A DNA stretch of 64,000 bases from Candidatus Calidihabitans tengchongensis. Its GTDB lineage: Bacteria; Sysuimicrobiota; Sysuimicrobiia; Sysuimicrobiales; Kaftiobacteriaceae. This document shows, in pieces, positions 26,619 through 35,605 of the stretch. The notes below the pieces were generated by a model. It was given only the letters and a program-made list of their open reading frames with translations, was not told the DNA's origin and did not search any database. The translations under genes and the position numbers were made by a program. Position 1 is the stretch's first letter. Each line of letters opens with the position of its first letter. The DNA lies in assembly GCA_031459615.1 (NCBI GenBank), contig JAVKIE010000009.1:8291-72290 (forward strand), read 5' to 3'.

Positions 26619-27788
26619 ATGAAAGCACTGGTGCTGACAGCCGAGTGGGATCCCCGGCCGGGATACCGGCTGACCGAATGGGAGAAGGCCACCCGCACCG
26701 CCATCACCGGCAGCAGCGTCTGGCGGCGGCCGCGGGTGAGCCTGGAGACGCTGCCCGATCCGGTGCCGGGCCCCAAGGACGTGGTCATCCGGCCCCGGGC
26801 CTGCGGGATCTGCGGCTCCGACGTGCACTTCTATGAGACCGACCCCGACGGCTACATGTTGTACCCGGGGCTCACGCGCTTTCCCGTGGTGATCGGGCAC
26901 GAGTTCAGCGGCGAGGTGCTGGAGGTCGGCCGGGAGGTGCGGGACCTGCGGCCCGGGGACATGGTCACCTGCGAGGAGATGATCTGGTGCGGCGAGTGCG
27001 TCCCCTGCCGCAACGGCTATCCCAACCAGTGCCAGCGCCTGGAAGAGATCGGCTTTACCATCAACGGCGCCCAGGCCGAGCGGATCGTCATCGGGGCCAA
27101 GTACTGCTGGAAGATCAACGCCCTGGCCGAGCGGTACGGCAGCGTCGAGCGGGCCTACGAGGCCGGCGCGCTGTGCGAGCCCACCAGCGTCGCCTACAAC
27201 GCCATGTTCACCCGCGCCGAGGGGTTCAAGCCCGGCGGCCACGTGGTGGTCTTCGGCACGGGGCCGATCGGCTTTGCCGCCATCGCCCTGGCCCGGGCCG
27301 CGGGCGCGGCGAAGATCATCGCCTTCGAAGTGAGTCCGGTGCGCCAGGACCTGGCGCGCCAGGTGGGGGCGGACGTCGTGCTGAACCCCGTGGAGCTGGA
27401 GCGCCAGGGGACATCCCCCCGGGAAGCGATCCTGGACCTCACCGAGGGCGAGGGGGCGGCCCTGCACGTGGAGGCCGCCGGGGCGCCGGCCCGGACCATC
27501 CCGGAGATGGAGGCGTCGCTGGCGGTGGGCGGCAAGATCGTCATGATCGGCCGGGCCGCCGAGCGCACCCCCGTGTACCTGGAGCACTTCCAGACCCACG
27601 CGGCCCAGATCTACGGCGCCCAGGGGCACTCGGGCTACGGCAACTTCCCCAACGTGATCAAGCTCATGGCCGCGGGGCGCATTGACCTGACGCCGATCAT
27701 CACCAGCCGGTTCCCCCTGGATCGGGCCGTGGAGGCCCTGCAGAAGGCCACCCGGCGCGAGGACGGCAAGATCATGATCCGGGGGTGA
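26619..27788 (+). CDS. Zinc-dependent polyol dehydrogenase (MDR family, sorbitol-dehydrogenase-like).
   Basis: GICGSDVHFY, GHEFSG and the structural-zinc Cys cluster CGECVPCRNG are present. Confidence 0.85.
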   Translation: MKALVLTAEWDPRPGYRLTEWEKATRTAITGSSVWRRPRVSLETLPDPVPGPKDVVIRPRACGICGSDVHFYETDPDGYMLYPGLTRFPVVIGHEFSGEVLEVGREVRDLRPGDMVTCEEMIWCGECVPCRNGYPNQCQRLEEIGFTINGAQAERIVIGAKYCWKINALAERYGSVERAYEAGALCEPTSVAYNAMFTRAEGFKPGGHVVVFGTGPIGFAAIALARAAGAAKIIAFEVSPVRQDLARQVGADVVLNPVELERQGTSPREAILDLTEGEGAALHVEAAGAPARTIPEMEASLAVGGKIVMIGRAAERTPVYLEHFQTHAAQIYGAQGHSGYGNFPNVIKLMAAGRIDLTPIITSRFPLDRAVEALQKATRREDGKIMIRG

Positions 27789-27862
27789 GGCCGGCGGGCC
27801 GACCGCTGAAGGGGGGTGAGCGCGGAGGGAGTGACGTGAGATCAGTTCGAGGAGGCGAGAGG

Positions 27863-29167
27863 ATGCGTGGGAGAATGGCCAGGATGGTTGTGTTACTTGT
27901 CGGTGCGCTGGCGGTGGCCTCCACCGCTGTCGCCGCACCGGGGCTGCCGCCCAAGCCCGCCAAGCTCACCATGGCCGTGGTGGCCGGGGGTGAGACCAAG
28001 GGGCTGAAGGCAATCCTGCCCATGTGGGAACGGGAGATGGGGGTGAAAGTCGAGCTCGTCGAATTCCCCTACCCGACCCTGTACGAGAAGCTGGTGACGG
28101 CCTTCCAGGCCAACGCGCCCACCTTCGACCTCCTGATCGCTGACGATCCGTGGATGCCGAAGTTCGGGTCCGAGGGCTGGCTGGTGCCCCTGGATCAGAC
28201 CTTCGGGTACCAGCGGGACCCGGACATCTTCCCGGTGGTTTACGACCTGGGGTCCTGGCCGCCGCCTCGGGGTCCGATTCCGCCCGGGGAAGCGGGCAAG
28301 CCGCGCCGGCTGTATGCGATCACGCTGGTGGGCAACGTCGAATTCTTCATGTACCGCAAGGACCTGCTGCCGGCGCCTCAGACCTGGGATGACGTCATTG
28401 CCAATGCCCGCAAGGTCCACGATCCCAGCAAGCCCTTCTACGGGTTCGTGATCCGCGGCGCCAAGGGGAACCCGGTCATCTCCGAGTTCACGCCGGTCCT
28501 GCTGTCGTTCGGGGCGCGGATCTTTGACAACAACTGGCGGGTGGTGCTCAACTCCAAGGAAGCGGTGGATGCGCTGCGGTTCTTCGCCGTGGAACTGAAG
28601 AAGTACGCGCCGCCGGGTGTGGCCAACTATGATGCCGCCGAGCGGGCGCGGGAGGTCGCCACCGGGCGGGCGGCGCAGGGGTTCATCTGGCCGGCAGAGA
28701 TCACCGACATCGTCGAGAACCCGGCCGTGTCCACGGTCATCGGCAAGATGGGTTACACGCTGGCCCCGCGGGGACCGGGAGGCAAGCACGCTCCCCTGAT
28801 GGGGAACTGGCTATTGGCCATTCCCAAAGCGAGCCGCAACCAGCGGTGGGCATACGAGTTCATCCTGTGGGCCACCAGCGCCCGCGTGCAGCGGCCGTAC
28901 GCCCTGGGCGGTGGCATTCCGTTCCGGCGGTCCATTCTGCAGGACGCGGACCTGAACCGCCGCTTCCCGTTCTTCAAGGCCATGGCCGACTCGCTGGCCG
29001 CCCCGGCCGAGTGGAGGCCCCGGACACAGGAGTGGTTTGCGGTGGAAGCCATCCTGGGCACCCACGTGAACGCCGCGCTGGCGGGTATCGAGACACCCGA
29101 GGAAGCCATCACCAAGGCCGCCCGGGAAATCGAGCGTCACATGAAGGAGGCCGGCTACTATCGGTGA
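27863..29167 (+). CDS. CUT1-type ABC sugar substrate-binding protein.
   Basis: Signal peptide MRGRMARMVVLLVGALAVASTAVA with an upstream GAGGAGG. The fold resembles MalE/UgpB. Confidence 0.8.
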   Translation: MRGRMARMVVLLVGALAVASTAVAAPGLPPKPAKLTMAVVAGGETKGLKAILPMWEREMGVKVELVEFPYPTLYEKLVTAFQANAPTFDLLIADDPWMPKFGSEGWLVPLDQTFGYQRDPDIFPVVYDLGSWPPPRGPIPPGEAGKPRRLYAITLVGNVEFFMYRKDLLPAPQTWDDVIANARKVHDPSKPFYGFVIRGAKGNPVISEFTPVLLSFGARIFDNNWRVVLNSKEAVDALRFFAVELKKYAPPGVANYDAAERAREVATGRAAQGFIWPAEITDIVENPAVSTVIGKMGYTLAPRGPGGKHAPLMGNWLLAIPKASRNQRWAYEFILWATSARVQRPYALGGGIPFRRSILQDADLNRRFPFFKAMADSLAAPAEWRPRTQEWFAVEAILGTHVNAALAGIETPEEAITKAAREIERHMKEAGYYR

Positions 29168-29173
29168 GGTCGG

Positions 29174-29200
29174 GGCCCGGGGGCTGATCGCCCCCGGGCC
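29174..29200 (+). promoter_or_regulatory. Intercistronic stem-loop directly after the SBP stop codon.
   Basis: Perfect 11-bp stem ggcccgggggc/gcccccgggcc with a tgatc loop and no U-tract. Confidence 0.5.
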
Positions 29201-29243
29201 TCTGTCCACACGTCTGGGGCGTCGGCTGACCCCCTACCTGCTG

Positions 29244-30080
29244 GTGGCGCCGCCCGTGGCCCTGCTGGCCGCGCTGGTGGTGTACCCGCTTCTGTATAAC
29301 GTCGGCCTCAGCCTGCGCAACTACCGCACGGGAGAGTTCGTCGGCCTGCACAATTTTGCCCGGGCGCTGGAGGACCCGCAGTTCTTTGCATCCCTGCGGG
29401 CGACGGGGGTGTACGTCTCGGCGGCCCTGGCCACCGAGCTCACCCTGGGACTGGCACTGGCGCTGCTGGTCCATCGGACCATCCACAGCGGCTGGGCCCG
29501 GGCGCTGGTCTACGTGCTCTTCCTGATCCCGATGGTCACTCCGCCAGTGGCCGCCGGTGTGATCGCGCGGCTGATCTACACCCCCACCTACGGCATCCTC
29601 AACGTCCTGCTGCTCCGCCTGGGGGCCATTTCGTCAGACGTTCTGTGGCTCTCAGAACCAGCCACGGCCATGTTCGCCGTGCTGAGCGTCGACGTGTGGC
29701 AGTGGATGCCCTTTGTCTTCCTGGTGTGCTTTGCAGGACTGCAGGCGGTTCCGGCCGACACGGTGGAAGCGGCGCGGGTGGACGGAGCCGACGGTTGGCG
29801 GCTGTTCTGGCATATCGAGTTCCCGTACCTGCAGTCGCTGCTGCTGCTGGTCCTGGTGTTTCGGTTCACCGACACCTTTCGCGTCTTCGACCACGTGCAG
29901 GTCCTGACCGCGGGGGGACCGGGGGCCACCACCGAGTTCCTCAGCCTGTACCTGTACCGCGTGGCCTTCAAGTTCTTCAACCTGAGCTACGCGGCCGCCC
30001 TGTCTCTGTTCGTCCTGCTGGTGACCTCGCTGGCCTTTGCGGTTCTGGGACGGTACCTGGTGCGCGAGGTGAGCGCGTGA
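29244..30080 (+). CDS. ABC sugar permease (MalF/UgpA type).
   Basis: The EAA loop is present. The GTG start is the first start codon after the stem-loop, so the conserved N-terminus may begin at a non-canonical codon upstream. Confidence 0.7.
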   Translation: MAPPVALLAALVVYPLLYNVGLSLRNYRTGEFVGLHNFARALEDPQFFASLRATGVYVSAALATELTLGLALALLVHRTIHSGWARALVYVLFLIPMVTPPVAAGVIARLIYTPTYGILNVLLLRLGAISSDVLWLSEPATAMFAVLSVDVWQWMPFVFLVCFAGLQAVPADTVEAARVDGADGWRLFWHIEFPYLQSLLLLVLVFRFTDTFRVFDHVQVLTAGGPGATTEFLSLYLYRVAFKFFNLSYAAALSLFVLLVTSLAFAVLGRYLVREVSA

Positions 30081-30919
30081 GCCGGGTGGGTCTGTGGCGC
30101 ATGGTGACGGGGGCCGTCCTGGCCGTTCTGACGGCCGTGTACCTGTTTCCCTTTTACTGGATGGTGGTGACCGCCCTCAAACCGCTGCCGGAGTTCTACC
30201 GGTTCCCTCCCACGTTGCTGCCCCTTGATGCCACCGTGGCCGCGTTCAGATCGGTCATGCTGCAGCGGGGATTTCTGGTCCTCCTGCGCAACAGTCTGGC
30301 GGCGTGCCTGGCTGCCGTCGGGGCAGCCCTGGTGGTCGCCATGCTCATCGCCTACCCGGTGACGCGGTTGCCGGTGTCGCCCGCGTTCCGCCGCGGGCTC
30401 CTCAACTGGATTTTGAGCCTGCGTTTTCTGCCGCCCATCGTGGTCGTCATCCCGTTCTTCGATATCGTCCGGCGGCTGGGACTGTACGACAGCCTGGGAG
30501 CCCTGGTGCTCCTGTACACCGTGTTCAGCCTGCCCTTTGCCACCTGGATGCTGCGAGGATTCTTGCTGGAAGTGCCCATGGAGATCGAAGAGGCGGCGCT
30601 GGTGGATGGCGCCACCCGCTGGTACGCATTCTTCGTCGTCCTCCTCCCCCAGCTGGCGCCGGCGCTGCTGGCCACGGCCGTCATCACCTTCGCCCTCGCC
30701 TGGAGCGAGTTCATGTTCGCGTTCATCCTGACGGCCACGCCGCGGTCGCAGACCTTCCCCATCGGCGTGGCCAGCCTGGTGACCCAGTTCGAGATCATCT
30801 GGAATGAGATGGCGGCGGTGGGGACCATCGCGGCCGTGGTCCCGATCCTGCTGCTGGTCTTCGCGCGCCGGTACGTGATCGGAGCCCTGACCTTTGGAGC
30901 GGTGCGTGAGAAGGCGTGA
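30077..30919 (+). CDS. ABC sugar permease (MalG/UgpE type).
   Basis: GTGA overlap with the preceding permease; EAALVDGA EAA motif. Confidence 0.8.
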   Translation: MSRVGLWRMVTGAVLAVLTAVYLFPFYWMVVTALKPLPEFYRFPPTLLPLDATVAAFRSVMLQRGFLVLLRNSLAACLAAVGAALVVAMLIAYPVTRLPVSPAFRRGLLNWILSLRFLPPIVVVIPFFDIVRRLGLYDSLGALVLLYTVFSLPFATWMLRGFLLEVPMEIEEAALVDGATRWYAFFVVLLPQLAPALLATAVITFALAWSEFMFAFILTATPRSQTFPIGVASLVTQFEIIWNEMAAVGTIAAVVPILLLVFARRYVIGALTFGAVREKA

Positions 30920-31698
30920 GCGCATCCGGGGGAGGGGAACTGTGTCCCTGCCTGGACGCCCTGTGGGCCGGACGGCCCGCCGAGCCGGCGCTGGGGCTGC
31001 TGGCCGAAGAGGGCTTCCGGCTGGTGGAATTCTGGGACTGGCGGGAGCGGAACATCGACCATCTGGCCGCGCAGCTAGAGAACCTGGGGATGTCGGCGGT
31101 GGCCTTCAGCGGCACGACCTTTGAGGAGCCCCTGCTGGATCCCGCCGGCCACGAGGCGGCCCTGGCGCACCTGCGCACGTCCCTGGAGGTGGCACGGCGC
31201 CTGGGCACGCGGCTGCTGGTGGTGCACGTGGGGTACGCCCGCTCCGACCGCCCCCGGTCTGCACAGTGGGAGGCGGCGGTCGTGGGGCTGCGGCGGGCCG
31301 CCGATCTGGCCCAGGCGGCCGGGGTGAGGCTGCTGGTGGAGCCGTTGAACTCCGTCCTGGACCATCCGGGCTACTTCCTGGACAGCCTGCCCGATGCCCT
31401 GGCGCTACTGGAGGACGTCGGCCATCCGGCGGTGGGATTGCTGCTGGATGTGTACCACATGTGGGTGACGCACGACGACCTGCTGGACCGGCTGGAGGGC
31501 GCCGCGGCTCGGGCGGGGCACGTGCATGTGGCCGACGTGCCCGGCCGCGGCGAGCCCGGCAGCGGGGTGATCCCCTGGCGCGCGGTGCTCGACCGCCTGC
31601 GCGCCGGCGGCTACCGCGGGGCGCTGGGCCTGGAGTGCTGGCCGACCGCCGACGTCCGCGGCGCGCTGCGGCGCTGCCGGGAGGTGCTGGACGCCTGA
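30916..31698 (+). CDS. Sugar-phosphate isomerase/epimerase (xylose-isomerase-like TIM barrel; Hyi/IolI-like).
   Basis: LLVEPLN...GLLLDVYHM...HVHVAD is a TIM-barrel metal-ligand pattern. Confidence 0.75.
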   Translation: MSASGGGELCPCLDALWAGRPAEPALGLLAEEGFRLVEFWDWRERNIDHLAAQLENLGMSAVAFSGTTFEEPLLDPAGHEAALAHLRTSLEVARRLGTRLLVVHVGYARSDRPRSAQWEAAVVGLRRAADLAQAAGVRLLVEPLNSVLDHPGYFLDSLPDALALLEDVGHPAVGLLLDVYHMWVTHDDLLDRLEGAAARAGHVHVADVPGRGEPGSGVIPWRAVLDRLRAGGYRGALGLECWPTADVRGALRRCREVLDA

Positions 31699-32522
31699 TG
31701 CCGAGATTCGGGCTGAACGGAGCCACTACGGGACCGGCCGACCTGCTGACCGACGTGCGGGCGGCCCGGGAGGCCGGCTACCAGGCGCTGGAGATCCGGG
31801 ACACCAAGCTGCAGGCGTACCTGGACGGCGGCGGCACCCTGTACGCCCTGCGCCAGCAGGTCGCCGACGCCGGGCTGGAGGTGGCCAGCCTGAACGCCCT
31901 GGAGAAGTCCACGCTGGCCGCGGGGGCGGCGCGGGAGGCCGTGCTGCGCCGCTGCCGCATCCTGTGCGAGTGGGCGGCGGCGCTGGACTGCCCCTACGTG
32001 GTGGCGGTGCCCAGTCCGCGGGCGGACGCGCCCGACCCGGACCAGATCGAGGCGCTGACGGTGGACGCCCTGCGCGCCCTGGCCGAGGTGGCCGAGCGCT
32101 ACGGGGTGCGGGTGGGGTTCGAGTTTCTGGGGTTTGCCGACTGCTCGGTGAACACCCTGGCGGCCGCCCGGCGCATCGTGGACGCGGTGGCCCACCCCGC
32201 CGTGGGTCTGGTCCTGGACGCCTTCCACTTCTACGTGGGAGGATCGACGTGGGAGATGCTGGAGGGGCTGTCGGCCGACCGCCTGTACGTTGTGCACCTG
32301 GACGACGCCGAACCGGGCCCCCGGCAGGCCCTCACCGACGCCCACCGGCTGCTGCCGGGGGACGGGGTGATCCCCCTGCGGGAGCTGGTCCGGCGGCTGG
32401 AGGCGCTGGGCTACCGCGGCGTGTACTCGGTGGAACTGTTCCGGCCGGAGTACTACCGGTGGGACCCGGTGGAGCTGGCCCGCGCGGCGCGGGCGAAGAT
32501 GGAGGCGCTGTTTGGAGACTGA
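31698..32522 (+). CDS. Sugar-phosphate isomerase/epimerase (xylose-isomerase-like TIM barrel).
   Basis: TGATG overlap with the upstream gene; GFEFLGF ... LVLDAFHF ... VVHLDD. Confidence 0.8.
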   Translation: MPRFGLNGATTGPADLLTDVRAAREAGYQALEIRDTKLQAYLDGGGTLYALRQQVADAGLEVASLNALEKSTLAAGAAREAVLRRCRILCEWAAALDCPYVVAVPSPRADAPDPDQIEALTVDALRALAEVAERYGVRVGFEFLGFADCSVNTLAAARRIVDAVAHPAVGLVLDAFHFYVGGSTWEMLEGLSADRLYVVHLDDAEPGPRQALTDAHRLLPGDGVIPLRELVRRLEALGYRGVYSVELFRPEYYRWDPVELARAARAKMEALFGD

Positions 32523-32549
32523 CCCCTCGGGGGGAGAAGGGAGGACCGT

Positions 32550-33569
32550 ATGCCGGTGCGGGTGGGGATCCTGGGGTGCGGATTCATCGGCCGCCTTCAC
32601 GCCCTCAACCTGAAGGCCGACCCGCGGGCCCAGCTGGTGGCCGTGGCGGACGCGGTCCCTCAGGCCGCCCAGCGGCTGGCCGCCGAGGTCCAGGCCCGCC
32701 CCCTCGGGTCGCTGGACCAGTTGCTGGGGGAGGGGCTTGACGCCCTGTACGTGTGCACGCCCAACACCGCCCACGTGGAGCCGGTCCTGCGCGGCCTGGC
32801 GGAGGGGCTGCACGTCTTCTCGGAGAAGCCCATGGCCACCACGCTGCCGGACGCCTGGCGCATCCGCGAGGCGGCCCGGCGGTCCCGGGGCATCTACCAG
32901 CTGGGCTTCAACCGCCGCTTCGCCAACGTCTACCGCTTTGCCCGCCGCCTGATTGACGAGGGGAAGATCACGCCGTTGCTGGCCCAGATGAAGCACAATC
33001 GCGGGGAGTTGCAGCAGCCCCCCTGGACCTCCGACCCCTCCGTCACTGGCGGCTACCTGTACGAGACCCCGGTCCACCTGTTCGACATGGGCCGGTTCCT
33101 GTTCGGGGAGGTGGAGGAACTGGCGGGGTGGGCCCGCCAGAGCGTCTACCGGGAGCTGGACGGCTTTGTGGTCCTGCTGCGCTACCGCAGCGGGGTCATC
33201 GCGTCGCTGACCAGCGTCGCCCACACCAGCTGGCTGTTCCCCTACGAGCGGGTGGAGATCTACGGGGAGCACAAGACGGTGGTGACCGAGGAACTGGAGC
33301 GGGCGTGGTTTTCGCCGGGAGCGCGGGAGCAGGTGGAGGCGGTGGACTGCTTCCAGATGCCTGTGGAGCGCAAGTGGGGCTACGTGGCCGAGGACCGGCT
33401 GTTCATCGACGCGTGCCTGGGCGAGCGGCCGCCCGCCGTGACCGCCGACGACGGCTACCGGGCCACCGAGCTGGTGGAGGCCACCTACCGGGCGGTGCGC
33501 ACCGGCCAGCCCGTCCGCCTGCCGCTGGAAGAACCGCGGGACTCCGCCCCCGCCCGGGAGGCGCGGTGA
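32550..33569 (+). CDS. Gfo/Idh/MocA-family NAD(P)-dependent oxidoreductase (inositol/sugar dehydrogenase-like).
   Basis: VGILGCGFIGRLHA Rossmann N-terminus and an EKP motif. Confidence 0.85.
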   Translation: MPVRVGILGCGFIGRLHALNLKADPRAQLVAVADAVPQAAQRLAAEVQARPLGSLDQLLGEGLDALYVCTPNTAHVEPVLRGLAEGLHVFSEKPMATTLPDAWRIREAARRSRGIYQLGFNRRFANVYRFARRLIDEGKITPLLAQMKHNRGELQQPPWTSDPSVTGGYLYETPVHLFDMGRFLFGEVEELAGWARQSVYRELDGFVVLLRYRSGVIASLTSVAHTSWLFPYERVEIYGEHKTVVTEELERAWFSPGAREQVEAVDCFQMPVERKWGYVAEDRLFIDACLGERPPAVTADDGYRATELVEATYRAVRTGQPVRLPLEEPRDSAPAREAR

Positions 33570-34501
33570 GCGGGCGCGCACAGCCTCCCCCCAGGGTGGT
33601 CGCCACGGGCGCTGGGCCGGCGGGGACTCCGGAGCCGGGGGAAGGCGGCGCGCCCCGCTACCGCCTGGTGGTGGCCGACATCGACGGCACGCTGGTGACC
33701 AGCACGCGGGAGATCACCCCCCGGGTCCGGGCGGCGGTGCAGGCGGCGCGGCGGCGGGGCGTGCGGGTGTGCCTGGCCACCGGGCGCATGTGGCCGTCGG
33801 CGGAACCCTACGTCCGGCGCCTGGGCGCCGACCCGCCGATCATCCTGTACAACGGCGGCCTGGTCTACGACTTCGCCACCGGCACCGTCCTGCGCCGCGT
33901 CCCGCTGGACGTCGACCACGCCCGGGCGGTGCTGGACGTCCTGCGGGAGCACCCGGAGGTCCAGCCCCACCTGTACGTGAACGACCGGGTGTACACGGCC
34001 CGGCCCAGCGAGATCACCGACCAGTACCGGCGCAAGGACGGCATCCCCGTGGAGGTGGTGGGCGACCTGCGGGCCGTCCTGTCCGCGCCGCCGATGAAGA
34101 TCCTCATCATCGGGGCGCGGCCGGACCTGGAGCGGGTGCGCGCGCGGATCCGCCAGCTGCCCCGGCAGATCCACACGGTGTTCTCCGAGGACACCTACCT
34201 GGAAGTGCTGCCCCAGGGCTCGTCCAAAGGCGCGGCGCTGCAGTGGATGGCCCGCCACCTGGGGATCCCGCTGGAGCAGGTGGTGGCCGTGGGCGACAAC
34301 CTCAACGATCTGGAGATGATCCAGGTGGCGGGGCTGGGCGTGGCCATGGGCAACGCGCCCGCCGATCTGAAGGCCGCGGCGGACGTGGTCACCGCCTCCA
34401 ACGACGAGGAGGGGCTGGCGGAGGTCATCGAGCGGTGTGTGCTGCAGGGCACAGGACAGGACACGGCGCCGCCGCAGCCCGGGGCTGCGGCGGGATCCTG
34501 A
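33566..34501 (+). CDS. Cof-type HAD-IIB phosphatase.
   Basis: VVADIDGTL (motif I), GDNLNDLEM (motif IV). GTGA overlap with the preceding gene. Confidence 0.8.
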   Translation: MSGRAQPPPRVVATGAGPAGTPEPGEGGAPRYRLVVADIDGTLVTSTREITPRVRAAVQAARRRGVRVCLATGRMWPSAEPYVRRLGADPPIILYNGGLVYDFATGTVLRRVPLDVDHARAVLDVLREHPEVQPHLYVNDRVYTARPSEITDQYRRKDGIPVEVVGDLRAVLSAPPMKILIIGARPDLERVRARIRQLPRQIHTVFSEDTYLEVLPQGSSKGAALQWMARHLGIPLEQVVAVGDNLNDLEMIQVAGLGVAMGNAPADLKAAADVVTASNDEEGLAEVIERCVLQGTGQDTAPPQPGAAAGS

Positions 34502-34514
34502 AGGAGGGGGAAAT

Positions 34515-35537
34515 ATGCGCAGAGGGGCAGCACTGCTGGCCGTCATCCTGGGGGTGCTGACGCTGGCGGGCACCGCCGCCACCGCCCCGGCCCCCCGCCT
34601 GGTGGTGTACTCGGCGCTGCCGGACCTGGAGACGTCGCTGATCCACCGGGAGTTCACCCGCCGCACCGGCATCCAGGTGGACGCCCTGGTGGTCCCCGCG
34701 GCGGGCACGCTGCAGGCGCGGATCCGCACCGAGAAGGACCGCCCGCGGGCCGACGTGTTCGTGGGGGGATCCCGGGACTTCCACATCCCGCTGGCCCGGG
34801 AGGGGCTGCTGCTGCCGTACCGGTCGCCGGTGGCGGCCCAGGCCAAGATCAACCCGGCCTACCTGGACCCCGACGGCTACTGGCACGGGTGGTACCTGGG
34901 GGCTCTGGCCATCATCGTCAACACCGAGCGGTTCGAGCGGGAGCTGGCGCCCCGCGGCGTGCGCAAGCCCGCCACGTGGGACGACCTGATCCGGCCCGAG
35001 TTCCGCGGCCACTTTGTGATGCCCAGCCCCGTCACCACCGGGGGAGGGTACATCTTCGTGGCGGCCCAGATCTTCCGGCTGGGCGAGGAGCGCGCGTGGG
35101 CGTACCTGAGGGCCCTCAACGCCAACGCCTCCCAGTACACCCCCACCGCGCCGGGGACCATCACCCTGCTGGAGCGGGGAGAGGCCATCGTGGGGATGAT
35201 GTGGGCCCACGAGGCCATCGGCGCCCGGGTGCTGCGGGCCGCCCCCCTGGAGGTGACGGTGCCGCCGGACACCGGCTATGAGGTGGGCGCGGTGTCCATC
35301 GTCAAGGGCGGCCCCAACCCCGAGGGCGCCAAGGCCTACGTGGACTTCCTGATGACCCGGGTGCCCCAGGACATCAACGCCCGCTACGGATTCCGCTACC
35401 CCGTGCGGGCGGACGTCCCCGTGCCCATGGGGGCCACGCCGTTCGAGCAGCTGAAGTTCGTCGCCTACGACCTGGACTGGGCGATCCAGAACCAGGCGCG
35501 CGTCCGCGAGCGGTGGACGCGGGAGATCGGCCGGTAG
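34515..35537 (+). CDS. FbpA/AfuA/ThiB-family ABC substrate-binding protein. This is the Fe3+-type fold, and the substrate is uncertain.
   Basis: Signal peptide, an upstream AAGGAGG, and VVYSALP...FVGGS...GYWHG are family features. Confidence 0.75.
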   Translation: MRRGAALLAVILGVLTLAGTAATAPAPRLVVYSALPDLETSLIHREFTRRTGIQVDALVVPAAGTLQARIRTEKDRPRADVFVGGSRDFHIPLAREGLLLPYRSPVAAQAKINPAYLDPDGYWHGWYLGALAIIVNTERFERELAPRGVRKPATWDDLIRPEFRGHFVMPSPVTTGGGYIFVAAQIFRLGEERAWAYLRALNANASQYTPTAPGTITLLERGEAIVGMMWAHEAIGARVLRAAPLEVTVPPDTGYEVGAVSIVKGGPNPEGAKAYVDFLMTRVPQDINARYGFRYPVRADVPVPMGATPFEQLKFVAYDLDWAIQNQARVRERWTREIGR

Positions 35538-35543
35538 AGGGCC

Positions 35544-35583
35544 GGGCGGGCCGGCGTCTGCTGTCCGGGACGCCGGCCCGCCC
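35544..35583 (+). promoter_or_regulatory. Strong intercistronic stem-loop between the SBP gene and the permease gene.
   Basis: Perfect 15-16-bp stem gggcgggccggcgtc/gacgccggcccgccc with a 10-nt loop and no U-tract. Confidence 0.55.
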
Positions 35584-35605
35584 GTTGCCCGATGTGTGAG
35601 ACGAG

